In this document: positions 21,879 through 35,865 of the stretch, in pieces
How the letters are laid out: each line of letters begins with the position of its first letter
How positions within the stretch are numbered: position 1 is the first letter of the stretch
Assembly: GCA_013239625.1 (NCBI GenBank)
Contig: MU053472.1
Location: 1,877,236-1,941,235, forward strand
Direction: 5' to 3'
Length of the DNA stretch: 64,000 nt
Origin: Lama guanicoe
Lineage: Eukaryota
Made by a program: the position numbers and the translations under genes
The notes under the pieces: model-generated
Database searches by the model: none
Seen by the model: only the letters and a program-made list of their open reading frames with translations
Told to the model about the DNA's origin: nothing

Positions 21879-24527
21879 TGGGACATTTAGGAACTCAAAA
21901 ACAAGTTCAAAGAAATGCCTTGCTGAATCTAGGGTAGAAATAACCTGTTTTCACCTATGGTTTTACCTCTTACCTATTCTATTTTAATAAATAACAGTCA
22001 TTTAATATTTTAGAAAATGGTCTATAAAAATTTTTATTAGTTTCAACTTATTGTTTCAAAACCTAAATTCAAAATGGGGAGGTTTCATGAACTCTCAGAC
22101 TTTTCAGAGGCTGGTAGATACCTTTTCCACTTCCTTGCACTCGGTATTTTACTTAGTATATTGCCTGTTTACATATATTTGACTTTTCATTATATTTCAT
22201 TTTTTCTAAAGCTTCTTCCAGGAACAAGAGAATTTTCTTCCTGATGCACCGCTAACGCCCTGCTAATGCTCTGAGTCCTCCTAACTTTAGATCACATAAT
22301 TTCATTTTCTCACATTATTAATGATTAATATTGACATGCCAATTATTTAAGTGTGGCAGTAAGTTTCATTAGAAAGTTGAGATAGTAAGTTTCATGACAA
22401 TTTCTTCTGTTTAGGACGTTTCTCATCTTCGGTGCGAGTTTAACTTGAAGCTCACTAGCCCAGTTTCACGTGAGGATGTTCTGAAAAAGGAAAGGGGAGA
22501 AATAAGGCACCTGGTCCTCCTCGGTGCTATTATCAGAACCTCCTCATTTATACATCTGTTGGGACTATGCCTCGATGAGGAAAATAGGTATCCATGTTGT
22601 TGATGCTTCCTCAGAGGACCTCAGACACATTTTGTTCCCAAACAGAATTGGAAGGAAAAAGGCTGCTTAACTGTCTTTTCCTGTTTAAAATGCAGCTGCC
22701 CCTGATGCAGAGCCATCGTCAGCTCACCAGGGCTCTCTGCAAACTTGCGGTGTGTGTGTGTGATAGAAGTGATGCGGAGTGGTTTTGTTGCTAAGGGAAA
22801 TGTGCTAAAAAAAAAAAAAGGAAGTGGAGGGGGTGCTGTATCTCTTGTAGAGCTCGGATCCTTTGGGTATTTAATGTACAGTTTCAACAAAGGACACTCA
22901 GAATTATACCTCTGGTTCAAAATTGCTTAAATGTTGAAACATATGGTCTCGTGTTCCATTCGTTAGGAAACAACCAGCTGTTCTCAGCCTGCCAAATCCA
23001 AGTAAACATCCACTGTGTGGAAGAATGAATCTGAAGTGGTTCCGTAAAAACATAAAAGCTGTTTTTGCTGAAGAAGAAGAAGGGGGAGGGAAAAAAAAAA
23101 AAAAAAAAACGGCCACCCCGAAACAACAGTTAGTAAAGAAAAAAAGAAATCCTGTCCTGATAACGTATTTTCCCTGGCTGGCTCATAGTGGTCTTGTGGA
23201 GCAGGAAAAGCTCTGGAGATGTTTCAGTGAGAAAAGATTCGGAGCCTTCCTTGTTGTCTCCTGTGGGGGAAAACCCCGCAGTGGTCTCAGTTACCGTGAT
23301 TATTTTAATAAAATGCAATTATCTGAATAATTAATTTATTTGGCGACTCTGCTGTGTCCTCCATTCACAGAGGCCAAAATGTCAAAGATCAAGTAATGGG
23401 GAGAATAGGAAAATTCTCATTATAGAGGCAAAGGGAGGAGGGAAAGGATGAAATAGTTGGAATTTCAGTGCAGTGGCTTCTATTTATCCGAAATGTCAAG
23501 GGCAGTGTAAAATGTATTTTTAAAATGTGTTTCTGTATGGTTTGTGCCCATTCTTGGCGTGGCTGTGGCTCTACAGAGGCCATTGTTCTTTGAAGAGTAT
23601 GAGGGGGTGTCTTTGTCCAAAGTGACAAAAAGAAGACTTGGAAGACTGGGCTTCCTTTGTTCCTGTGCGGTGCTGTAAAATTTGGTTTGAAATTAGGACC
23701 TCAGGGAAGGACCTTCAATAGAGAGCTTTCATTTCCTGCCAGCATTTTAATCACTCTGGGGTTTAAAGTGGATGGCCGGCCAGCATAATGGCCTTATGTT
23801 TAACAGAACAGCTCGTATCTTGAAGGCCAGTTAAGGGATCTGTCATCCGCCCAAATATTCGTCTTTTCTGTTTCCTGTCCATTTATGAAGATCACCCACC
23901 CTTTTAGGTGGCTGCCCTGGACCATTTTGTAGGCAAGCCGCTGCCACTGCTTCTTAAAGAGGCTGAACAGAAACCCAGTTGAATGTGGTCCAGTCTTCAC
24001 CCTCTACAGGAAAGGGCTGGAGAGGGCTCTAATTAGACACGGAATTCCCCAGGTTCGGGAGTTGATTCCATCCATTGCAGAGAGGAAGTGTCTGGTTTCA
24101 CAAAAGTATAGAATATGAAGGTGGTTAAAATGGATCCAAATCTCATCAGAAATATTGGCCCCTACCGACTTGATGTGTGACTCCATCACTGCTGTGGAAG
24201 GTAACGTCCTCTCATCAGGCAGAGGACTCATTCACCCCGTGGAGGGTGAAGGGACCCGGTGGATTTGTTCCTGTTGTATAATAAGGAAATCTGCAGGTTT
24301 TGTGATGGAGTGGCTTTTTAACTCTGAAAGCTCCCTTCGGAGCCATTTAGAGATTTACCTTTGTAGCATATTAGATGATGTCCAGAACTCCTAAAAGAGT
24401 GAATACTGGACTGAAGTCTTGAAAGACAGAGCCAGCATTAAGAAACAAGAGTTCTGAATTTCTTCCCTGATTCACACTTGGTGGCCAAGAATAATCTAAT
24501 ATTAGCGAAAGCCTCAGATTCACTAGG

Positions 24528-24617
24528 TTTTTTGTTTTTAAATGGAGGCACTGGGGATTGAACCCAGGACCTTGTTCATGCTAAGCACACGCTTTACCAC
24601 TGAGCTATACCTTCCCC
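24528..24617 (-). mobile_element. tRNA-Ala-derived camelid SINE (Vic-1 type), short form
   Basis: Reverse complement ggggaaggtaTAGCTCAGTGGtaaagcgtgtgcttAGCatgaacaaggtcctgGGTTCAATCCccagtgcctcca plus an A tail. A and B boxes present; degenerate TSD tcagattcactaggtt / ttagactcaccaagtt. Confidence 0.92.
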
Positions 24618-27600
24618 TTAGACTCACCAAGTTCTGATCTAGGACCTATGACTGAAATTGCTCTGGGACCAGGTGCTAAGTGTAGGATTGTCCCCATGTG
24701 GTGGTAGTAATGGCGAACTACTCAGCGGAGACGATCTCGGGGCAGCCATTAAGCAGGATCACAACGCGGTTCCCTAACTCTGAATTGTAACAGACATGAG
24801 GGGGGAGCGAAAGGGACGGGACGTTTTCAGCTACTGACACTCTCTCCACCTCACAGTCAGGAGTGATGCGAGAGAAACAGACTCTCCTCTCCAGGGGCAT
24901 TTTCTTCTTTGCACGTGGGACTGGGTTATCAGGGGGAAATGAAGGAATGTGTAAGCCTCCTTCAGCAGGGCTGGAAGGATTCTCTGATCTTGCTCGGGCC
25001 AAGCCTGACCTGCACCCCCAGAGACGTGGAAGCAAGCCAGTCTTCACTGCCCACAGGCAGGGTCTTGGCCCCGGGGGGGAGGGGAGGAACAGAGAAAAGG
25101 CCTGGGGGAGAGGTGGGGGCACAGTTATGGGGAGCCTGCTCTCTTCTTCAGAAGAAATGGAATGGCATTAACATTCTCCCCACTCCCCCCTCAAAATTGC
25201 CGGAACCAGCTCCCCTTGAATTGTCCCCTCTGGCATCGGTGATCATTGCCTGGTTAGTTCCTGTGATAGCCGAGTCGGCCGCCAAGTGGTTGTGCTTCCT
25301 GAGTGACTTGTACTCGGCGCCCTGGAAGACTTTTCAAACAAGGATTTAAACATCCAGAGATTTTCCTGCCTCTTTGAGAGCCACCCTCCCCCTGGGTCCC
25401 TTCTGACCTTTTTCGTCAAGTCTCAAGCCGCAGACCTCTTAGCTGCCCAATTTGATCCCTTTCGAGCAGCCCTCCCTTGGATGAATAGCTGTTTGAAAGC
25501 TGATTTAAAGTGAGTGTTGCTCCGCGTAAGAGCTATTGGCTGAAAAGAGCGCTATTTAGAGCAGCAAAGGTGGCCGCATAAGGTAGGCAGGCTCTCCTGA
25601 GGTTGGTTTCACAGATGTGCGTTGGTCTAGGAGGAATTATGCATCATTAGACTCAGGGTCTTTTCTTTGCATCCAGGTCGTTTCTCCTCAAAAAAAAAAA
25701 AAAAAAAAGCCTCTTACATTTCAGCCCGGGAACCACTATTGTACTTATACCCGGCTATTCCCACACATGAAATGTTATGACTCAAATAACCACTCAACAG
25801 CTCTTCTGAAAAGCCTTGGGTATGTTTCGTGGGTAAAAATTTTCAGGCATGGATTTGAAGGGAAAGCTGCCCACCAGAGCGGGGCCTTAGCATAAAAGTT
25901 AATATCGTCAGAGAACGGACTATAATCCGTTTCATTCACTGCTGCCGTTTGCTGTGTGGGTGTCTCCCAAATGTGGGAACCTCATTTCATTGAAGAATCT
26001 GAATATATTGTAAGGATGTGAAGAGTTGCAAACAATCTTTTCTGTAAGGCTGGGAGAGGAACAAAGCCGCTAATGTTGGAAAGAACTGGTACACTCTTGT
26101 TTTCTGCCGTTTGTAAAACTCAATAGGAATATTCTGGACTTGACAGATTTATATCCTCCACTTGTTGTTCCCTAAAGAGTCTACATATCCTGTTTACAGA
26201 AAGCCTACCTGTGAAAAGATCTGTTCCATCGGAAGGATATCCTCTTTTGAAGCTCAGCTCGTTTAAAAATACGGTGCTATATGTACTAACCCCTTAAATT
26301 CTTTGTTTATAGCAAAGAATTTGTCCATACCTTCAAAGAGCTATCTAAAGTCTGTTATATTAGCAAAAGACAAGGCATGGAATAAAGTTTTTATAAACAT
26401 ATACACACATGTACACACTATTTTTTATATATACAATTGTATACACTAAAATTACATAATAACATATAAATAAATATATTAAAAATGATATAAATATATA
26501 AAATGTAAGTGTGTGGGTGTATATGCTAGTCAGTGGATTTAGCCAAATGCCTTCATTTTTGCCTTGCTTTAGGCAGTGAGGCTACCCAGCCTTAACTGTA
26601 ACCAAGGCGATTATGAGCTAGTTTCCAATTTCCACTTTTCAGCCTAAATCACACTAGAAAATGAAGTGGCCTTTCAGGAGGTCCCGTTTTTAGGCAATAG
26701 CGTTTGGTTAGCATTGTTTCTATGGGCTTCCTTGGCAAATTTTGCCTCTATCTCGATGTCCTTCTGAAAGTCTCTCCTGTGAGTTCATCCCTTATTTAGT
26801 TCATACACCTTGTATTATTTTGTGTGCAAATGATTTTATGTTTTAGAATTGAATCCCAATCAGAGAGTTACCTTCTTTGAGGCAGGACTCATGTCGTTAT
26901 TTCTTCTATGTTCCTTTGAACCCAGCCAACTGTTCACTTTCTCAGTGTTAGTTTCCTTCCCTTGTGTAATTCTCGTCCATACATTTTTTCAGATGAGAAA
27001 AAGTAAGGCATGATGAGAATTTTATTGGTTGTTTAGTTGATCAGAAATTCAGAGCAAAAGCAGTGTGATAACCATCTTACCTCAAGTTCCAAGAAACTGA
27101 TCCCCTTTTGTCACTTCTGCATTGTAGCTCGTCTCTCTTCTTGACCTTTAAGTGTCTGAGAATTACGTGCTTGTTTTAAAATCACAATTGTTTGGAAAGT
27201 CGTGAAAGAAAGATGGAGGATGAACGGATAGACAGATGGACAGATAGACATTTGTGCCAGACAGCGGTTTAGAACTCAGCAGTTTTGAGTCTTCTGAATG
27301 TGATTTACTATATCATGAGTTGCAAACCATGGCAGCTCCCAGCATGTGACTGTGAGGGAGGCAGGCAGGGAAGAGTAGAATGAGATGTTATACTCTGCCT
27401 TCTGCCCTTTTGTAATTGTCCCAGGATAGCAGAGAAAGGTCTACCTGAAGGTAGTACCAAGGGGTGAGTAAGTTATTCTGGCAGCCAAATGCCTCCTAAA
27501 GTGAAGGGCAAGAGAATGATTGTTGGGAGTGGTTGCTTGATTTAAAGTGGGACAGAGACCCTAACTCACCTCACAGGACTCCTCATAGGGCTGGTTTCCA

Positions 27601-28626
27601 AGCTTATTCCAACTAGAGGAATATTTTGATGGAACGTCTCCTTGGAATTAACAGTGGCTTTCCTGGAAAATACTGAGGTATGCTCTGGCTGTAAATGTAC
27701 CGTAAGATTCTGAGCAGATTTAGCAGTAACAAGTTTGTTGTTAATTTCATCTCAGAAAATTTGCCACTCACACAAACTTAATGCTCAGGCTTACCCTATA
27801 AATGCAACCTCCATTCCTCTTACATCTATTAGATAAAATTTAAGGAACTAATCAGGACCTCTTTTGATAGCTGGAGCAGATAGGCAGGACATATAATTAA
27901 CCAGGATTAATTTCACATATTGTCTATTATTGTACTTTTTCTTAATCTACTCCTTGGCTTGGTCTAATATTTTTCCCTTCAGGGAGCTGGCTTCTTAAGA
28001 ATGGAGGACAAGGATACATTTCACCGACGTCTAATGCTTTAACTCTTTTGAGAGGGAAACAAATGTCTCTTGAAACCCATCCGTTAGAGAAAATATTCCA
28101 GGAGTCACTGGCATCATAGTACGAGAGAAAAGAACTTAGCCGATTCTTCGTGCTCTGGATGGGGAATCTGGAGGTGCTGATTTTTCCTTGTCTCTGGTAC
28201 TACCTAGGTCTCTTTCCTTCTGACACTTCACTTTTCTATACTTCAGTTTCATATTATGTGAAACATCTAAACTCGATGGTTTCTGACCTTCCCTCTACAG
28301 TTGTCGTCATTCTGTTGCTTCATCACTTGAGACACGCAGACACTTACTTGAATGCGTCTCCAAACACTTGTATGCATTGCTCCCCCTGCATCGAGTGGGA
28401 ACTGATGTCCACTCTGCTGCTGACTCTAGAAGACAGAGGAGTAGATGCTGACATGTTTTTAAAGCTACCTAATCTAAAAGTAAATTGCAATTTTTACAAG
28501 AAATGTGGAAAATTAACATTAGCCTCTCCCAGCGTCCATCTCTTTCGTATTTACCTACTGAACTTGCTAACCTCTCCGTTCACGACATCCAGGCTCCATT
28601 AGATGTGAAGACCAGCAGCTCTTGTG

Positions 28627-28785
28627 CAGTAATTCTCAACCTCGACACGTTAGAATTCCCTGGGGACCTTTTAAAACTCCCTCCATCCAGGCCACACGCG
28701 GGGCGGTTGAGGTTGGATCACAGACGTCAGTGTTTTTTGAACTCCCCGGATGATTCCAGTGTGCAGCCTGATTTGAAAACCTCTG
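28627..28785. mobile_element. MER5A-type hAT-Charlie DNA transposon (MITE)
   Basis: Terminal inverted repeats cagtaattctcaa...ttgaaaacctctg; internal ttagaattccctggggaccttttaaaa and ctccccggatgattccagtgtgcagcc. Confidence 0.88.
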
Positions 28786-31700
28786 TCTTAGTTGGATCTC
28801 TTTTGCTTTTCAGAGTGTAATATATAAGTTCACTTTTCTAATTTATTATCATACCTATGTATGTTGGTTCCCCCAGTAGTAGGTCTCATATTTAAGGACA
28901 TTTTGTTGAATGTCTTACTGACTGCATATTTTATTCCATACCAATCTCTCTGATCGCCATCTCCCCTCCCCTGGAGGTATAGCTTCATTTCACATTCGGC
29001 AGCATGACGTGGATCTTCTGTTCTCATTTCCTGTGAGTAAACCCTAAGTAAGCTAGGAGGGCGATTCCTTAGTGTATTGTGGGATGTCCAGAAATTGAGC
29101 ATAGCCTGGGACACACGAGTGGGTTTAGAGTGGTGTCGATCAGTGTTTATTTACAACAGAAGATACTGTTGGGATTTTTGTCACATTTGCCTTAATGCAA
29201 GTATACAAGGTATTGACAGAGAAGCTGTGTTCTTCCAGCACTGACTCTACCCTAAACAGAAATTTAAAGTTTAAAAAAAAAAATTCAAAAGCTTAACAGT
29301 TTAGAAAGAAGAAACCAAATTAAAATCCATGTAGGATTATAGCATATGTCATTGCACCTATGAATTGGGCAATTCAATAAACACTTGTTGATTTTATGTG
29401 ACGTTAAGATAATTTTCAAACACTGTTCTAAGATAACAGAATTTAAATGTGCATTCTTTAATGATGAATCTGTACACTTTTGCGCAGCTTTTCCTTTATC
29501 TAAATGTCAGGTCCTCAGTCTTTTGCAAAGTTGTTTGCCTACCACGTAGAGTTTAAAGTTCGTGCTAGTTTTAAAGCGTCCTCTGCCTTTTGTGATAGTG
29601 GAAAATCTGGATTCCTGAAAAGAATAGATTCTTTTCCTACCTGGATGATTTCCAGTCCTTACAATGTTTGGAAGCATTTGGTGAGGATATTGTGACCCAG
29701 AAATCACTGTGGCTTAGTTTGGCTTGCCTTAGTAATGTAAATTATAGGAAATCTTTCCTGAAAAAGATAAACAGGAACTAGGAGCAGAAATGCTTTTTTT
29801 TCCTGTCATGGTTATTTGGAGCTATTGAGGGAATGGACAAATAAATGAAGGGCATATTCCCAGGACCTAGACACCCTCCCGAATTCCCCCATTTTTGTCC
29901 CGAGTTAGGTTTTACAGATCTGATATCATTAGGATTCTTCTGACTTGTCAATTTGCTTGAGAAATATTTTTCTTCATCGTGGAGCAACCCATATTGCTTT
30001 GCTTAAACTCTTCGAAGCCTTTTTTTTTTTTACCCTCTTCCTCAAAATGACTTTTTAAAAAAAGCCTAATGCCAGGCACAAAATAAACTATACAGGAAAA
30101 GTGTCAGACCTCCTGTGAATAGTCTTGGTTCCCGAGGTTATTGCCCGGAGAGGCCTTCGTGTTTTGAGTGAACAACTGTGATCGGCCAGTGATAATTTAG
30201 GTGGACTAGTTACTGCCAGAATTCTTGGGATTATCTGATCTTCTTCAAGCAGCTCTCCACTGAATATTGCTCTGCCTACTGTCTGGTTATGCTATCACAG
30301 TCTGGATCCAGCCAGAGCGAGGAGAACTGAGATGGTGAAAAGCAGAAATGCTAAGGGTTGGGTCTTGAGAATTTGAGGTGAGCACCTCATCACTCGATCC
30401 TCGTGGAGCTGGCTGCTCTGGCTTTCTCGGTCTGAAGTCCCCTCACCACCAGCCCTTTACCCCGTGAGCCCACTCCCACAGTGATTAGGAGCGTCCAGAG
30501 GGTCAGGGAATACCCTGTCCCTGGAAGACCACAGTCTGTATTTTCCTTAGAGTGTTGGGATTACCTTAACTTCTACCAACGTGGAAAGCGCCCAGGCCCC
30601 ATTCTGTCTGTCCTCTGGGGTCTGTCCTTAGGACAAAGAAGAGGACCCTGAGAGCAGCATGCTCGTGGCTTCAGGTAAATTTCATGGAAACATGCTGCTA
30701 GCTGTCTAGGTAGGACCCTGCGTGTGAAGCTGCAGTGGGTAATCGTGACTGCGTTGTAAGCACGGGGTTGTAAGCACGGCAGGGCCGGCTCAGCTCGGCA
30801 CAGTTGTGTGCCCGAGCACTGTGGATCAGACAGCCTGATATTTGTCACTAGGCGAGCAGGACATCCAGCTGGTGGGCTGAGCATCTTCATTCCATCCTGC
30901 TGTTCATTCTGTGAGGAAATAGCCACTTACTTGTTTCCCATCTCATCGCGTAACTTTTCAAGTCTCAGTTTGCTGTGAGGACTTCGTTGGGGTAACCCCA
31001 GGTCCTGAGATACCCGGCCCCGTTTGCATTTGTGTCAGTTTAATTATCAGTGGTGTTCAGTTCACCCTTAAAGGTGCACCAGTGTGGGTGACAGCCACCC
31101 AACTTACCACCCTGTGTTAGCCAAGAGAAGGGCCCCCGAATGGAGTGTGGGGGACAAACGTGGGTAGATGTTGGTGGAGCAAGCTGCCTTCTGAACATAA
31201 CCCCCCCGAGAAAGGAACCTTATCCAGAAATCCCGTGCCTTCGCTGGGGCCCCGTGGTGCCCTGGAAAGGAGCATTCATTCCAGTAGTTCCTTTCTGGGC
31301 GGGTTTCCTGGGGGGTATTGGAAGTTCAGTAGCAGTATGCAGGTTCAGGACTTTGGGGCCAGACCCCAACATAAAGGTCTTTCTCACCCCAAGGTGGTCC
31401 ACCGGCTTGGGCTCTATATGCCCACATTACTGGCTCTTATGAAATTTTGATGGAGAAATTAGGTTGTTGCTTATCTTGTACCGTCTTGCTCATAGTATTG
31501 ACAGTACCATTGAATTGCTTGAGGCAGATAGCATCTCTGCGATCGCTGTGCTGTTTCAGCCCTCTGCCGCTGACAACAGCAGAAGTGTTTTAACAGGGTT
31601 TTAATGGGCAGCCTCTGTAGCTCCTTGGAGGCTTGCAAATCGCTGCCGTGAGAAACCCTCTCTGCTGCTCTGGGCTGCTGTGCCCTCCTTTCTCATCCAG

Positions 31701-33309
31701 CTGCTGCTTGTTTAGATGGCCGCCTTCCTGGTGACAAGCACTTCTTATTTGGGCTGAGCAGTCCTCGGACTTGAATTCCAGAGATGAGATTGTGTAATAT
31801 AAAAAAGGAAAGGTCTCTTAAGGACGTTTTCTTCCCATCCTGTTGGGGGCAGGAAAAACAAGGCGGGCTGTGGGGGCGAGGGCAAGAGAGAGGGTCTAAC
31901 CAGGAATAAGTCTGCCATTCCCAGAACCTTTCAGAGAAAATTCCTCATGTGTCGTGAAAATGAAAGTGTTCTCATTTGATGGAGTCACAGGAATCTATTT
32001 GGGGAATGCCATGCCCAGAGCCTCTGTTTTCTAGCTTTCCCACATTTCAGAGTTCTGTTTCGTGGCTGACAGGCACGCCAAAGAGGACAACACCTTTCCA
32101 CACATGAAGACAATTTCTAACTATTTCATGATACCCTGGGATTTTATTAAATACATCTCCAGAGTTAAAGCAGAGTGAAATAAAAATGCTGTTTCAGCTT
32201 TGGTTCCATTACTTGATCTTCAGATGCAACAACGTGACTGAATTCCCCACTAGTAACATCAAACTTCAAATCTTCGGATGAAAGGGGATGGATATGGCCC
32301 TTCCTAGAATTCTCTTGACTGAGACAATGAGGTCGTGAAATGAGGTGAAAAAAATGACAATACGTTGATCTCCCAGTTGTGGTGCCAGAGACAGTTCTTG
32401 ACATCTGTACCCAACACGGTGCCCAAAAGGGTACGGGTAATAATGGAAGGAAAAAATATGGTGCCAGAATAATTAAGTTTTCAGTCCGATACAAGAGCTC
32501 GGTCTAATCAGGAGTGCTGCTCCCCCGCCACCCCCTCCCCAGGAAAATATGTCTGTGTTGCACTTAGAAAGTCTAGTTTATAGTGGGATCCCAGTGTTTG
32601 GATGTATCAGTGCAGACATCAGCTGCTGTCATTGTTTCTCTCCATCAATTTCCCTTCTCAGGGACATAGAAACAGTAGTTTGCCTGGCTCCTTTTAAAAG
32701 GAGATCTAAGGCTACTTTCTTCTGATGTCAGAAAGAGGCTGCCTCCACTTCAAGCTCTACCTCCTCAGAATTGGTTTTTATCATTTATCACCCTCCACAG
32801 ATTTTTCAGGCTGCCAAGAAGAATCTCCTATCAGACACTTAAGACCATTTCACAGCCTTCTCTCCCCAAACCAGATTGACAGTAGCAGGTTATCATCTGT
32901 CCTTCAGAGATGTGAGATTCTTAACTTCTTGTCACCAGCGGAGGCATTACTTTAGCTATTATCAAGGTTGGAAGGGGAAAAAAAAGAAAGAAAGAAAAGA
33001 AACAGTGCACCTCCGGGACACATTCAGAAATGGATTCTTGGGACGGCCCGAGCCTCTTTACCATTTGCCTTCTTACAGCGGCTGTTGGCTGTGCTACCAT
33101 GGGGGACTGTTACTCCAACTAAGATCATAAAAAGGGCTTTACGAGATGGGCCTGTGTTTGGCGTCTTCTGCAAGGCACTGAGTAACGAAAACTACAGGAG
33201 GCTACTTGATACAGAGGGAAAGACAGAAGATGGCCTGTGCAAGAGTGTGACGGTGAGGAATGTAAATCCTAGAGTTAGGGAGAAAGCTAACCACACCAGT
33301 AACTGACAT

Positions 33310-33455
33310 GCGGATTTACCTCTCTCTGCTTCAGCACCCTCATTTATAAAATGAAAATTGGGATGAGAATTAAAGCCTGCTCCTCAGATGGTTGGGGATT
33401 AAATAAGAAAATGCATCAGAGGCAGAGTACCTGACAGGTAGTTAAGGGCTCGGTT
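33310..33455 (+). mobile_element. MIR SINE
   Basis: acctctctctgcttcagcaccctcatttataaaatg...ggattaaataagaaaatgcat...agagtacctgac. Confidence 0.75.
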
Positions 33456-33641
33456 AACAGGGGCGGATAGCACTATTTCTGTGAGGCATTCACACGCCTG
33501 GTACTCAACTGAGGTGTGTGTAATCCCTGCACATGTTCAAAGTGCCTAATTCAGGGAATTTATTAGCAGTTATAGATACAATCAGGCAGAGATACAAGTG
33601 TAGAGGACATACAGGGGCAGAAGAAAATCAGTTAGCTAAGA

Positions 33642-33733
33642 ATATGTTCACGTATATGTATGCTGTGCACCAGAAATTGACACAGCATTGTAAACCGACT
33701 ATACTTCAATTAAAAAATAATAATAAAATTAAG
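33642..33733 (+). mobile_element. Very short 5'-truncated L1 3' tip with target-site duplication
   Basis: gctgtgcaccagaaattgacacagcattgtaaaccgactatacttcaatt plus an A-rich tail, with the same terminus as the 20.3-kb L1. Flanked by gaagaaaatcagttagctaaga (33620-33641) and gaagaaattagttaaccaaga (33734-33754). Confidence 0.88.
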
Positions 33734-35339
33734 GAAGAAATTAGTTAACCAAGATACGAAAGAATGGTGGGGAATTGTAAATAAATGATAAAAATAAGAA
33801 CTCAGCATAAACCTTTGAAAGAAAGAGCATCTCTTGATTTGTCAAACTACAGATATTAACTTTGAGAACCTATATTCTCTTTTGCAGTCAAAAAGCAGGA
33901 TTGGACTGGACTGTCTCCCGTGGTCTTGGGATGGTTCTTCCTGTCTCTGACGCCTCAGTTTTCTCTGAAGTGGGAGGTTGGGATAAGTGGTCTCCAGAGA
34001 ATCTGCTGGTCTAAAGTCTCATAGGTGTATTGACAAAGAAGGAGCGTAGTCGGAGCCTTCTTTTCACAGTCGCTCAGCTGTGTTGTCCCTGAACTGGAGG
34101 TGTTTTGTGGACCCACCCTGATAGCTCTTTCTGGGAGATTTCAGCCTCGGGCCTTGTGTCTCGGCAGCTCAGCAGTAAGGCAGCGTGGCTCACTTATTCT
34201 GCTCTATGGCTGGTTTTTGTGAGTTACATCCTGGGATGAGCGGTCTTGGTCAAGGTGGGCCACTGGCCAGCCCACAGCTCCGGGCTGATTCCTGGGCCTG
34301 CTGGCTTTCGGGTTTGCTGTGAAGTTCCCACTTGCCTTGAGTAAAACCACTGGCTTCCCCTGCGCTTATGACTTCCTCTGTTTTCACGTTTGCTCCCTCT
34401 CTGGCTAGGCCACATGGCGCTAGCCCTTTCCGTTTCCCTCACTGTATTACTCCGCCCTGGACTTTTCTCATTCCCCGGTTTGGGTGTTCCCAAGTTCAGG
34501 AGTTTAATTCTCCATGTTTGAAGAACATCAATGCAATATCTCCCTTTCCTTAGTCATAACCGTGGATAATAATTGTGGATTATATTTCTTACAAGTATTA
34601 ATTTTGCTTTCAATATGTGCCAGTATTCAGAGCTGTTTCTTATGGATATTTTAAAATCTGACTTCATAAAGACACCTCTGATCAAGTCCCGGATGGCTTG
34701 CAAGCTGCCTGATCTCGTCATTCTCCTCTCTGCCCTTGGGTGCTGTCCCCCTTCATGCGCCTGCATTGCCTTATTTTATATACCACCTGCCAGCATCTAG
34801 CTTAAAGATGTCTTTAAGCATGAGTCATCATACATGGTTGCGTAGTATCTTTTCATGGTGTGAAGTTCTCAAAAATTAAAAGCTGGCTGCTAGGATACAC
34901 CTGAAAGGAGGAATATCTTGATTTCCTAGAACAGCATAAGGAGCAATTTATATTCGCGTCTCTGGTGGGCCTTTGATGAGGTGGCCATGTGATGACAGAG
35001 CCAGCTCAGGTGTTTTCAGAACAGCTGATTTCCTAAGCCTGGGCGCTTTGTGGTGTGTCAAGTTGTTGCTACAGATGTCAAGCAGGCAGGATCACTAGAA
35101 CTCAGTTATAGCTGCTCAGGTCTGAAGGATGTCTGCCAAGCATCATTGTGGGCTAGAATTTGAATAGAAGGAGGTGGGGGAGAGTGAAGTTGACATTCTT
35201 CAGATCCCGTCAGCCACCTCTAATTGGGAGCAAAAAAGCATTTGTTTTATATCAGTTTGATAGTCCATCTTTCCTCCTGTACTTGATCATAAACCTATCG
35301 AGGGTAGAAGGCAGTTTTAATGTTCACCCTATCTCTTTG

Positions 35340-35720
35340 TTGTTTACTCATCCATTTATAAAAGGAAGGTCTGAGCACCCATTATGCGCATCTCTGTGCT
35401 CGGAACCATAGGTAATCAAAAGATGCACAAAGCAAAGCTCTTCTTAGCAGAAAGGTAGACTAAGCACACCTATGACTATAATACACCTACATTTACCAGA
35501 AGGACGGGTGAAGGACCGGGGACATTCAAAGGAAGGCAAAATCAGTTTCCACTTGAAGTTCAGGAAAGGCTTCGTGGAAGAGGTACCATTTGAGCTGAGT
35601 TTCGTTATATGGAAATAGGAACGGGAAGTCATTCCAGGCAGGGATAACGGTGCTCAGCAAGCACGGTTTGGCTTGCCTGTAGGACAGGGTGTGACAAGGA
35701 GAGGAGAAGGAGAGGACATC
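35340..35720 (-). mobile_element. L2 fragment
   Basis: ctgagcacccattatg...ctgtgct, caggaaaggcttcgtggaagaggtaccatttgagctgag and cattccaggcaggga are antisense L2 3' motifs. Confidence 0.8.
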
Positions 35721-35764
35721 TGAAAAGAAAGTTCGGCTAGAGAGTGTAGGATTTGGGATGTGCT

Positions 35765-35850
35765 TCTGGAATCAGCCTCCACTGCTTCTCACCTCTGTGA
35801 CCTTGGGCAATCCCTCCCCCACTCTGCACTCCAGCTTTCTGGTGTATTAA
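35765..35850 (+). mobile_element. MIR fragment
   Basis: ctgtgaccttgggcaa...ctctgcactccagctttct is the MIR core. Confidence 0.65.
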
Positions 35851-35865
35851 GACTAACAGGAGGAA

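Noticed and set aside
21520..21987. 155-aa ORF with a repeated MCNMQKLIK peptide
   Set aside because: The repeat is the local 30-bp DNA duplication; the ORF is AT-rich with no protein-like features.
22414..22588. Open exon-like segment (DVSHLRCEFNLK...) after a ttcttctgtttAG acceptor
   Set aside because: Weak donor (AG|GTATCC) and a peptide I do not recognise; insufficient support.
24543..24617. tRNA-Ala(AGC) gene
   Set aside because: Mismatch in the anticodon stem, extra 5' bases, an A-rich tail, a TSD and three related copies in the window show it is a SINE.
27010..27100. C/D box snoRNA candidates (ATGATGA...CTGA here; GTGATGA...CTGA at 43922-43980)
   Set aside because: No properly placed terminal stem and no recognisable rRNA/snRNA guide; such box pairs are expected by chance.
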